Assembly (NCBI GenBank): GCA_001949185.1
Contig: BDGG01000001.1
Location: 6,733,591 to 6,797,590, forward strand
Length of the DNA stretch: 64,000 nucleotides
Direction of reading: 5' to 3'
Source of the DNA: Ramazzottius varieornatus
Lineage: Eukaryota; Animalia; Tardigrada
Shown: piece by piece, positions 12,508 through 22,785 of the stretch
Position numbering within the stretch: the stretch's first letter is position 1
How the letters are laid out: every line of letters begins with the position of its first letter
Notes under the pieces: model-generated
The model's input: only the letters and a program-made list of their open reading frames with translations
Told to the model about the DNA's origin: nothing
Databases searched by the model: none
Translations under genes and position numbers: made by a program

Positions 12508-12664
12508 CTGTATTCCCCCGATATCTCCGCGAACCCTGTTACTCGTGGCGCCACCTACAGGACGTACATCATCCATACATAAGCGCCTATCCGCAGTACG
12601 TCATGTACGTTTCGTTGGTGGCGCCATGGGTTTCAGGCTTCGCGGAGATATCGAGGCAATACAG
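12508..12664. mobile_element. 157-bp Tc1/mariner-type (Tc2-like) MITE with TA TSD
   Basis: TA|CTGTATTCCCCCGATATCTCCGCGAA ... TTCGCGGAGATATCGAGGCAATACAG|TA: 26-bp TIR with 2 mismatches. Confidence 0.8.
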
Positions 12665-13597
12665 TACTATTGAGAACAATTGTACCCATTGCCGCGAATA
12701 CATGTGTGGGAAAGTCAACTTTGTGAGTGACTTTCCCACACAACTTTGTGAGTTGGATACGGTCGGGATTCTGAGGGAGTGAAATTTCGACTGTAAGAAA
12801 TTCCCGCGGATCGCCATACGCAAACGTCGACGGAAGTTATTGGTAAGCTATCTGTTGCCTCCTCGAGCTGCACGTTATGTGCGTATGACATAACATAAAG
12901 ATACAGCACGAGTGGCTGTCTGACATGACAGGAATTGACATGACATGTCTTGTTCGCCTGTCAATGTCAGCGTTGGACGGATGATTTAGACAGTGAAGCA
13001 CCGATAACACAGAACGGCTCTCCAAGATCAACAACTCAAAGCCGTCAGACGATCAACCAATATTTTCCAGTTTTGAAAAACCTCTTTGAATGTAGTTCGA
13101 GCACTGTGTCTCTTGAGTAGCAAAGACAGGGCTACCGCATGCATGACCGAGTTGCCAGTTCAAGCGGTATGAAGCATGTCGCACGAGAGAATCCCGTAAT
13201 TTTCGATATTTGCGGAGCGCTTTTCCATTGACTGCTTGAAATGCGCCGACTGCAGTTACAGCGTAACGTAAGGAGAACCTTAAACTGGGCTTGGTATGTT
13301 TTGCCTTCACGCGACTTTGCCTTCATGTAAGACTGCACATTGCCTCCAATGTGACTCATGCGTAGTGAATCACGTGACAGCACGAAATCGCGTAGCTGAG
13401 TAGCATAACACCACGAGGCAACACAACTTTGACCTCTCGTCCTTACGCGCCGTAACTTCGTATCCAAGAATTAGCGGTCTCGAAGGACGCCACTTGTATG
13501 CGGCTTTGCCCATTACGAATGTTCTTGCCTTAAATTCTCACTTCCTGCGATCTACTCTCGCTTTCTGCGTTTTTTGCCCACCAACTCTCGTCTCGTC

Positions 13598-15072
13598 ATG
13601 GAAAGGCCGCCGATGATTGTGTCCGACGATGAAGACGACGTTATTTTTGATGACTCGGTTGTGAACGGAACGTCCAGCGTGGATGGTACGCCAAAAGACA
13701 ACAAGCGGATCAAGCTGGAGAATGCTGACCAGGAAAGCCTATCTGCTTCTCTGGATGAACGCCCTGCAGCTGCAATTGAGTCAGAAGGGGATGATGCGGT
13801 ATACCCGAAAGACCAGACTACAATAACGAGCAACTACAACGATGACTCGCTTATTCCGAGCACATCTTCTGGATACAGAGGGCAAGTACCGATTTCTTTT
13901 CCATTTAGTCTGCTAAATGTGCCGGCGAGGTCCGTGTTTTATACGCATGTTCCTCGCCTTGTATAAGCCGGTGACCACTGTTTCGCACATGCAGGCGAGG
14001 TCTCTTTAATATCGGCCAGTAACGATCCATCTTTGCAGTCTGCCGGCAACAACTGGTTACCACTCATGACAACTAGCCTACTCATCTTTGTTGTTTTAGA
14101 AATTCGGCTCCGGCGAGCCGGAATAACTCTCTCATATATCTCTCGAACGACGAAGACTATGACCTGTCGGCTAACTCCACGAGTGCTGTAGCAGCTGCCG
14201 GAAATTTGTCCTTGTCCCCCACCCCGTAAGTAAAACCTGCTTTCGTGCATGCCGGCGCGCTCTGTTTGACACAACCCAGCAGCAACACTTAATGTATACA
14301 CACTAGATGATCCATGATACTCTGGAGGTTTAACATACAACAACAGGTGTGCCAGCGATGTCTGTTCTATATACTCCAAAGATCGGTATCTCATACAAGC
14401 CGGCGAAATAAAAGATAATTTTACCTAATATTACACGCATTATAACACAACGGTCTCTGTTTTAGAATGGAACCATGCGAAACTAGTGACAGGTCGTCCT
14501 CGTACGTACCGGAAGACGAAGGCCATGAGATAACTGCGGTACAGACAAGCCCAAGGGATAGCACAGAAAATTCGAGAGTCTTGGCGAAGTAAGATTTCGG
14601 TCAGATACAATACTGTTTAAACTAGATTGGCATAAACTGAGTTGCTAATTTTTGTAGTGAGGCGTCATTTTCAGCGCCTAAAGAATTTTCAAGAGCACCC
14701 GCCCTGCCGCTCGTGCTGTTTGCTAACCGAGGCGAACTTCCATTTGATCCGTCTCGGCGAAGAAAGCGTTTTCGGACCATGTTACAGAATGTGAGTGATG
14801 CACCTGCACATTTGAGGGGTAACGGTAATATCTGCCGGCGAGGTCGTGGCATCATCTGCCTGCAACTCCCGGACACTATGCGCTGGCGAGGTTCCGGCAC
14901 TGAGTGCCGGCGTGGTTTCTGAAATGAGTTTTCTGTTTTGCAGTGACTTGAGGTACCGCTGTTTCCAAACATCGAAAAGTGACTCCTCCGTCTTGGCGTG
15001 GCTCAGTAGTCCCGAAGTTCTTTATGTGTATGGCTGCAGCAAGATGCCTCAGTGCTTCCAAAGACGTGCCTG
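13598..15072 (+). pseudogene. Multi-exon unknown gene inside the TIR element, truncated by the Tigger-like relic
   Basis: ATG 13598 (MERPPMIVSDDEDDVIFDD...KRIKLE) is followed by several AG/GT-bounded open exons (~14100-14225, ~14466-14588, ~14658-14790 with RRRKRF, ~14944 onward). Acidic and low-complexity with NLS-like basic clusters; no domain recognised with confidence. Confidence 0.5.
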
Positions 15073-15073
15073 G

Positions 15074-16481
15074 TTAGCGGTAATCTTCGAGCCCGAACAA
15101 CGTGAGCGGATCTACGGGCTGGTTGCGGACGATGGTAACGACTACTGGAAGGACAAGAACCGAAGATTTGTGGAAGCAGTTAACAATGGTGGAAGGCTTT
15201 ACGCTCTTCCGAGCCTCCATAGCCCACTTGACAGCATCAAAAACCGTGAGCCCTTTGACGAAGTCTTCCACACCATTGGTCACTGGGAGTTTTTCGAAAA
15301 CTCTTTGGAAAAGATGTTTTTCAAAATAATCTTTAAAACTTATGATTATTCCACCATCTAACGGCTGAGCTCGAGCAGTACAATTCGGGAGGAATAAGTG
15401 TAACGTGACATTCGAGCGGGACGAAACTTTATGCGCGATAAAGCTGTCCACAACCAAGAGAACATGGCGATCTTGCTTGACCATTTCCGCTTTCAACCAG
15501 TCCAACCACGAGTTAAAAATTGCGGTGGTCATCCGAGCCGTGCTGTTGCTATAGTAGGAAAATCCATACTTACCTACCGTGACATCATGAACAGCATTCT
15601 TTTCAAACGCCCGAGGTCGCTCTGCTGTACCGATCACACAGATCGCGAACTTCTCACCGGCTGCAGAACAAAGAAGGACGATAGTGATTCTGTCTTTAGC
15701 GATTCTGCCGCCTGTTTCGTGCCGTCTTCCAATGATGAGCGACTTCACACCGACATTTCTCCAAAATAAACCGGTCTCGTCAGCGTTCAGCAAGTTCCGT
15801 GGATCTACGTTCATTAGGACTTTAGGCAAATCAACGGTGAACCAGTTCTCCAGAGCTAACAGGTCCGTACTCGACTCTTCGCCTATGCAAAAGACACAAG
15901 CTTTACTATCTAATCAGTCAAAGTGTACAAGTTAAACGTATACAAGTCAAACCAAAAATTTTTCCTCATACCATGCAAAATTTTCAGATCCCTCCACTAT
16001 TCCCTCCACCCTTGACTTCCTCTGAAACTTTCGAGCCTGAGGATCGATGCAGTGAAGGTGGCCAAGTTTGTTAGGAATACAGGTCTTACAGGTATTCGCC
16101 GCTTACGGGCTCATTTGAGAAATTTCAAAACCCCTCCATCCATTTCCGGATACTCAAACTTGATGACTGCTGACACTGACTTCTCCTGTCTTCAATGCTG
16201 TCTCAGTCTCATGTCGTTCTTTGTATATTCTCCGGATACTGGATTCGCTCAAGTCGTACATGTCGGCCAAATCTCCGGCTTTAAACTACACAACAAAAAC
16301 AGGAACGATACAGATAACCAGCTACATTATTGAATAATAAACGTAATACACTGCAGAATAAAATTACCCCATGATTCATCTTGTAAATTATCTCTGCACA
16401 ACGCTGAAGAATAGTCTGGGGAACAGCAGGTGTTATCGGCCGACGATCCTCGTTAGGTGGCCGATTCTTCAGTTTGCCCAT
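15074..16481 (-). pseudogene. Tigger/TIGD-like (pogo) transposase with introns, degenerate
   Basis: The DDE_1 core is open (NADETGLFW...KDRITIVLLCSAAGEK...LLVVDS..AH...QPLDGGII). Upstream pieces MGKLKNRPP...AEIIYKMNHG / ADMYDLSESSIRRIYK / YPEMMEGVLKFLK*ARKRRIPV / KILH-GEESS resemble CENP-B HTHs and carry a stop and frameshifts. Introns at ~16285-16367 and ~15884-15971. Confidence 0.8.
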
Positions 16482-16845
16482 AGTACAGTCTCGGAGCACA
16501 GCAAATGAGGTTCAGTGGGAAAAGAACGTTCGACGAGAAGTGATACAAAGCAATCAGCGCAGTCGGACAAAATACTATTAGTCTGTGCGAGTCATTCACT
16601 GAACAGCTGATTTCATAACTGAACCAAGCAAAATGTGAACTCTCCGGATTGATTGGATTGATTGAATCCTGTGGCGTCACAGCTGTTTCAATCGTATGAG
16701 CTACCGCCTACCGACCATATCTGCAGTTTCACATTTTGAATTTAGTGACGTACATCTATTTTCATGGAGAGAGTACAGTCTATGAAGAAAGACTGGTACA
16801 GCTGGCCCAACGGACAAGCAAACGGCTTCTAAAGAAGAATTCTGA

Positions 16846-17752
16846 CCTTGGTAGAATCGGAAGACAAATGGAAGGTTCCACTCGGTAATTCTCTGGTTGT
16901 GGGGTATTCGTGGCCGGAGGGTAGCAGAACGCAGCAGTTCAAACCGGGATTTGCTCATGCCAGCGAGCACGTCAATGTTACCTCTTTGAGCCACGATGCT
17001 ACTGATGATGCTAACCTTTGTCCTATTGAATTTACGTTGGTTTCAGGCATACTACACGTGCAGTTCGACGTGACGTTCAACCTCTCCAACACGTTTGTCG
17101 TCACGATGGTCATCCAGCATCCGTTCACGATGGACATCATTTACTCCTGGGGGCTTCGCGTCATTCTCGGCATTCTGGAGCATCACCGAGTCGCTGAACA
17201 TCCACTCGTCATACCTAAAGAGGACAAGCACTCAAACATCTTCATTCCGCGAACCTAATGGACATCGGAGCGTGCTTACCGTTTCCCCCAGCCTGGGTGA
17301 TGAATCCTGTAGATGGGCAAGGAGGTGGCTTGCGCTCCGAGATACTTGTCCGCTTCGATTAGGATAATCTTGGCCTTGTGAAATTGTCCTCTGTTGATTA
17401 CCCAAACGTCATCTCCTAGAGCGCAAACCCGCATCCAGTATCAGAAAGTAGGAAAAGAGCGTTCATCCACTAAAGGAATGTGGGAAGATTTTGGAGTGGT
17501 CAAATACCCTGCGCAAGTCCATGTGGGCTGAACCATGCGCAACTTCATCCGGGCAATGAATTACTCCACAACTCTTGGCGACGTACCTATGTTGAATTGC
17601 TTTATGAAATCTTCCAGGCCCAGCACCGTATCGTCATCCAGTTCTCTCTTTTTCATGTTCCGGTTAGGAGTACTCGAAGTAGGATCGATAGTCATGGTCG
17701 GCGGAGGGATGACATCGTCTGAAGCGGCGTCGCTCGTCGACGCGTTGCCCAT
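16846..17752 (-). CDS. Tudor-knot (chromo-barrel, MRG15/MSL3/Esa1-like) domain protein inside the TIR element; 3' end truncated or uncertain
   Basis: Exons 17752-17587, 17415-17280 and 17214 onward splice in frame to KQFNIGDDVWVINRGQFHKAKIILIEADKYLGAQATSLPIYRIHHPGWGKRYDEWMFSDSVML, matching F..G..V......AKI...Y.IH..GW..RYDEW. Confidence 0.75.
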
Positions 17753-18484
17753 GGTTCTGTAAAACAAACGAGACGTCCATTCCTTCATACAGAAAGAACA
17801 AACGACGACCACTTGCCTTCCGGTACGATCGGAAAATGCTTCAAGCAGCAGCACAAGCGCGGAAGAAGGTTTCTGAAGTACCAGGAGTTGAAGGTGCGAT
17901 GAAGTCAACATTTGTAACGAAGAGCCAAAATTCACAATGAGGCGATGAAGTTTTGTTGCCGTATTGCGACACTCTGAGTACAGTCCGTACATTTACTCCC
18001 TCAGGCGTACCTCCATACCGGCGAAGCAAGAGTACTGATTGTTAACGGTCGATCAATTAATCAACTGGAAACGAGATATCAAGCGACTCGAAGTTGCGTT
18101 ACGGTATCAAGTTCACAGGTTGTTAGGATACGCATGAATCACACCGAAGGCAAAGTTCAGTTTAGCATAAAGGCAAAGTCGCGTGAAGGCAAAGCATACC
18201 AAGCCCTTAAACTATGGCTCATAATGCTGGCTTGGAACCAAATTTCACGTGGTTTTGGATCACGTGATATGACGTCAGTTTAGGTGTCATGTTAAATGTG
18301 ATATTAGATGATACAACTTATAGCATGACATATAACAACCAGAAAAAAATCCACGAAAATCTGGAAGAAATCCAGAAAAATCTGGAGAAGGTTTCCGTCC
18401 CTTCCAAAGCGCTCCGCAATGCCTGATGGGGAACGTTCAGGCTCTCCGTAGGATTTAGACTGGCTAAATCATCCGTCCAAGGTG

Positions 18485-19064
18485 AGATTGTAAATTCCTG
18501 ATTACATTCCTTTGCAATTTCCGTTCCATTCCTAGAATTCCACTCTGTTCCGTTCCGAGGGGTAGCCGTTTGGAACGGTGGGATTCCTATATGGAAAACT
18601 AGCAAAACTCGGAGAAAATTTAGGAATTCCACGAGGTAAACAGGCGAAGATCCAGCAGATCCTGTCGAAAAACTGAACCCGATGCTGGCTCACACATGCG
18701 CACCACTGAGGCTAATTGGTCGATCGGTTGAATGACCAATAGCATTTTCGATCCGTCGCACTAAAGTATGCGGCGTATTCAACTGTGCGTAAGTCTTTGA
18801 TTTTCCCTTGGACTTTCAGGTCCGACAAGACCGAAAGTTCGGATCGGTCAATCTCCAGCTGGCTTTCAGTCTCAAAACCAATATTTGTTGATGACATGTT
18901 TACTGTTTTAGATGGGTATGTAAAAAGAACTAAACTGGCAAATGGGACTTTGGAATTCCGGATTTTTGTGAGGACCTTCTGGAGAAGGAAATAGGAATAT
19001 AGAAATATTGAGAATTCTTTCCTATTTTCCATTCCAAGGGCATTCGGCCTGGAATTTACAACCT
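18485..19064 (-). mobile_element. MITE-like repeat, right inverted copy
   Basis: Reverse complement of 10170-10668 over ~499 bp. Outer end ...TTTACAACCT|TA; inner end degenerate (AGATTGTAAATTCC). Confidence 0.85.
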
Positions 19065-19086
19065 TAGAAGCCAATGGGCCGATGTA

Positions 19087-19346
19087 CGAGGTAAACGACA
19101 TAATTCGGGCATATCGATTTTCGCACCATAATTCGGGCAACGCGAAAGGTTGGAACATTACGTTCAACGCTTGATTCATCCCGCATCGTACGTGTGTTGA
19201 TACAACATCAGGCTTTTTAACATTGGACAGACCCATCTCTATCCCAGGCCAAATTCCCGTAATCTACAACGCTTTCCCGTTCTCGAACCTATTGAAACCT
19301 CGAGGAGAGGGATCAGTCTACCTCAGGAAACAAAACACGGGTCAAT
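19087..19346 (+). mobile_element. Truncated copy of the mariner-type MITE at 24268-24661
   Basis: 260 bp near-identical (one difference seen) to 24268-24527, starting TA|CGAGGTAAACGACATAATTCGGGC. The right end is missing. Confidence 0.85.
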
Positions 19347-19748
19347 GCAGTGGCAGCCTGGAAAGACCCACTCTAAATTTGAAGCGGGTTAAAGTATCTG
19401 CTTGGTTTTCTTCTTGCGTTCCTGCTGCGCTCGGTGTCGCTCCGTACAAGTCAAAGTCAAGTCCAGTATCTACATCGAAAAATCGAATCCAGCACGAGAA
19501 TCGTTGACTTTATCGGCTCAGAAGCAGTATTGGTCATGTTGGATGATTTCTTCCGCGAATAGGTAAACGACGAGCGGAAAGCTGGTTCTGGGACGTGAAT
19601 AAAGCACTTGTTGCTGGAAATGGGCTTGAGCAAAGTACAGTGAGAACAGGCGAACATAAAGACTGGAAGAATGATGAGAAAAAGCCAAAAGATGCGAAAA
19701 TAGGAAAAACTTGGCCGAACTAACAACCATATAGCGGCAAGAACAACC

Positions 19749-20647
19749 TCAGTTGCGTTTGTTGTAGTATCTCTTGTGTGTCACTCCTTCGAGGGTTGAG
19801 GTCTTGACCAGTTGATTGCCTTCAACCTTGTACTCGTTGTTGATGGTCTTGTCGAGGCTCTGTTCCTTCGTACCGGTGTAGTGAATGGTTCCGACCAGTG
19901 CGCCATCCTTATCTTCGTACTTCACGGTGAAGGACGAACCGTTGTACGAACCAGCGGACTCTTGGCCTAACTTGAAGACAACCTAAAAATCGAAACAGAT
20001 ATTACGTGTCTAGTGTCAGTCGGAAACCCCATAGGATAGACTTCCGAAAGGGGTCATCTAGCTGACGGGTCAACTCATCGAAAGCGGTCAAACTTACATC
20101 GTTCTTGTACTCAGCCTCCTTGACGATGATCTTGTGGTGGTAATCGTCTCCTTTCTTGTAGTGGTTGAGGTGGACCTTGACGGTGGCGTTCATTTTAGAG
20201 TGGTCCATGGGAACATCTGTGAACAGAAGTAAAGCTCGAAAACTCTAAATTTTCTAAGACTAAGGTGGACGGGGACTGGAGCGAGGACCCTGTTTATGAT
20301 ATGTGTCCAGAACAGAAAATACTGAAGGAAGAGAAAGCTATACACCGTACTGAGCTTCTTGAGAAACTCCACGAGGTTTTCATCCTTCTCCGGGATAGAT
20401 TCCCACTTGCCCAACCAAGGCTTGGAGGTCCAGTCGACTCCTTCTTCATGAGCGGCATCATCGCCAGCCCACACGACGGCAACACCTGCAACAGACCAAT
20501 GAAATCAACTATGAATCACATGCTCATGTGATCATCCACACAAGTCGAGTCAACGTCTTGCATTACCCTATGATACTAAAAAGCACCAAAATTTTAATTG
20601 TCTGTCGACGTACCGGCAAACAGAGCGAGAGCTAGGATACACTTCAT
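19749..20647 (-). CDS. SAHS: SAHS-family protein (paralogue F, SAHS2-like), 4 exons
   Basis: Exons 20647-20614, 20485-20351, 20216-20098, 19982-19749 give MKCILALALFAGVAVVWAGDDAAHEEGVDWTSKPWLGKWESIPEKDENL...TSTLEGVTHKRYYNKRN*. Confidence 0.92.
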
Positions 20648-21325
20648 GCTTGCGGCTCGACTTCTACGTGAAGAAAGTGGCTGGAAAAGTTTAAAACGTG
20701 CTTTGTACTGTGAAATGGCGAAGGTTTGATTTTATACTGGTTTATTCTGCAGTCTAAGATCAAGTTGGCACGAAGTCGTTCTCCTTTGGGTTACATTCGG
20801 AGGTTTCTTAGTTGAACAATAGAGTACGAGTACTTATCATTACTCAGCGCTTTCGTAGCCAGCAGCCTTCGGCCAAAGGTCAATTGGCCATGGGCTGAAG
20901 CGTCTTTGCTGGGAAAACCCGCTTTATGCTTCATCTGATGGGAAAAGTACTGTTCGTTTGAGAATTTAAAGTATGTCGTGCCTGCTTTTAAAACTTTCTC
21001 GATCACCGTTTAGAGCGTATAACCTAACGTTAGCCAGTGCGAAGAGTACGAGAAAATACGTAGTATCTGTTTACAATCAGCCCGATCGATATCTGAGTTG
21101 GTCCGACAATCCGTCCGACCAACAGGCAGATAAAAAACCTGGCTTTGAAACGCAGCTTTACTGTATCCGGTGAACGAAAAGAAAATACGAGGATAGAACG
21201 AGAACAGAAACAAAGCCCTGATAACTCAGTACTGCAAAAATCTTTAGAACGATGGGAAGCAGGAGAGACTCGACAAAACGGGCATGAATTTGCAGAAAGG
21301 AAAAAATTTAGCCGCAACGACAACT

Positions 21326-22234
21326 TCACTGGCGTTTGTTGTAGTGGCGCTTCATGGTCACTCCCTCGATGGTGGAAGTCTTAACCAGATGGTCACCTTC
21401 GAGCTTGAAGACGTTGTTGATGGTCTTGTCAAGAGACTGTTCTTTGGTGCCAGTGTAGTGGACGCTTCCGACTAGAGCGCCGTCTTTGTCCTCGTACTTC
21501 ACGCTGAAAGATGAGCCGTTATACGAACCGGCGGACTCTTGACCCAGCTTGAAGACGATCTACAAAGCCGAAAATAATTTTCTTTGATCTGTGCAGCAAA
21601 GACGTAAGAAACAATGTAACCGGGAAAGTTTGCGGACTTACATCGTTTTTGTAATGGGCGTCGTTGATGATGATTTTGTGATGGTACTCGTCTCCCTTCT
21701 TGTAGTGATGGATCCAAACTTTGGAGTTTTTGTTCATTTCCGAGTGGCTCATCGGAAGCTCTGCAAACAAACATAGGTGTCTTGGTTTCTCGCTTGTACG
21801 GATCTGAACGGGTAAATCTATAAAGCTATGCAAAAAATATCAGGCCGGGGAATTCGACGAATCCACCAGACAACCAGCGTCGACTGAACACTAAAAAAAC
21901 TAACTAACGAGGAGATGCAAATGCAAAGTAACTTACGGAGCTTCTTTTTGAATTCCTCAACGTTCTCGTCCTTCGATGGGTCGGATTCCCATTTGCCCAT
22001 CCACGGTTTCCCAGTCCATTCTACGCCTTCTTCGTGAGCAGCGTCATCAGCGGCCCAGACGATGGCAGCACCTGCAAAGCCAGGAGAAAATGTACATATA
22101 TAGCCACGCACGTTTCTTACGATGACCTTTTAGCTCATGCTCGTCCTCTTTCATAGCACACAAGACGGTAAATCTCTTAAGAAGCTTTCAAGTTTACCGG
22201 CAAAAACGACGAGAGCAAGGACAAATCGATGCAT
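21326..22234 (-). CDS. SAHS2: Secretory abundant heat-soluble protein 2, 4 exons
   Basis: Exons 22234-22198, 22071-21937, 21760-21642, 21559-21326 give MHRFVLALVVFAGAAIVWAADDAAHEEGVEWTGKPWMGKWESDPSKDENVEEFKKKL...TSTIEGVTMKRHYNKRQ*, recognised as RvSAHS2. Confidence 0.93.
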
Positions 22235-22785
22235 GGTTCTGCGAGTATTCTCCGTGAGAAAGTTACAAGAAGTAAAGAGGTACAGGTTGGAAGGAACCCG
22301 AACCTTGATTTTATATACGGCCAGGAAGTACCGTTGCTGGAGGAGTCTGTACTGTTTGCGTCTACTGTACGTATACCTTAGGATTACACCTTAGGCGAAT
22401 ATTGGAGCGTTACATTCTTCCCAGTACCACCAGTCGCATCAAAGTCAACTATGTGTCATAACGGTCTGCATGCTGGGGAAAACACCCTTGCGCCGTATCT
22501 GATCTTGTCCCGTGACCGTCTGAGAACTCTAAGCCAAGCTTCGAACCTTTCTCGATGTTCACCGCGATACGCGCGGCTCTACACGAGTCTACCCACGCAA
22601 GTGTGGAAAGCGGAGAATCTCTCCTTCTGCCGATGGAATGGATATCTTGATTCGAGAAGATGACTGATAAGCTTCGCCAAGGACGAAGAAAGTCTTTATG
22701 CATCTTGAAACACCTTTACTCAAGCGTTGATCAAGACTATAAGAATATCGATAAAAGTCGAAGAACTGAAACGACGTGCACAGCT

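Larger units (their letters stand above)
13287..18206. mobile_element. 4.9-kb TIR DNA element with target-site duplication and two convergent spliced genes (MULE-like architecture)
   Basis: 37-bp TIRs (13287-13323 and 18170-18206; GGGCTTGGTATGYTTTGCCTTCACGCGACTTTGCCTT, 1 mismatch). Direct repeat TTAAACT on both flanks, extendable to CCTTAAACT. Repeated subterminal AAGGCAAAG motifs. Confidence 0.85.

Noticed and set aside
12677-12716. NCTHCREYMCGK as a piggyBac cysteine-rich domain remnant
   Set aside because: Too short; no supporting transposase or matching TTAA-bounded ends found.
16848-17258. Ulp1-like protease downstream of the Tudor-knot, and the + strand 136-aa ORF
   Set aside because: No catalytic H/D/C motifs are visible; the + ORF is the antisense shadow of the - strand exons.
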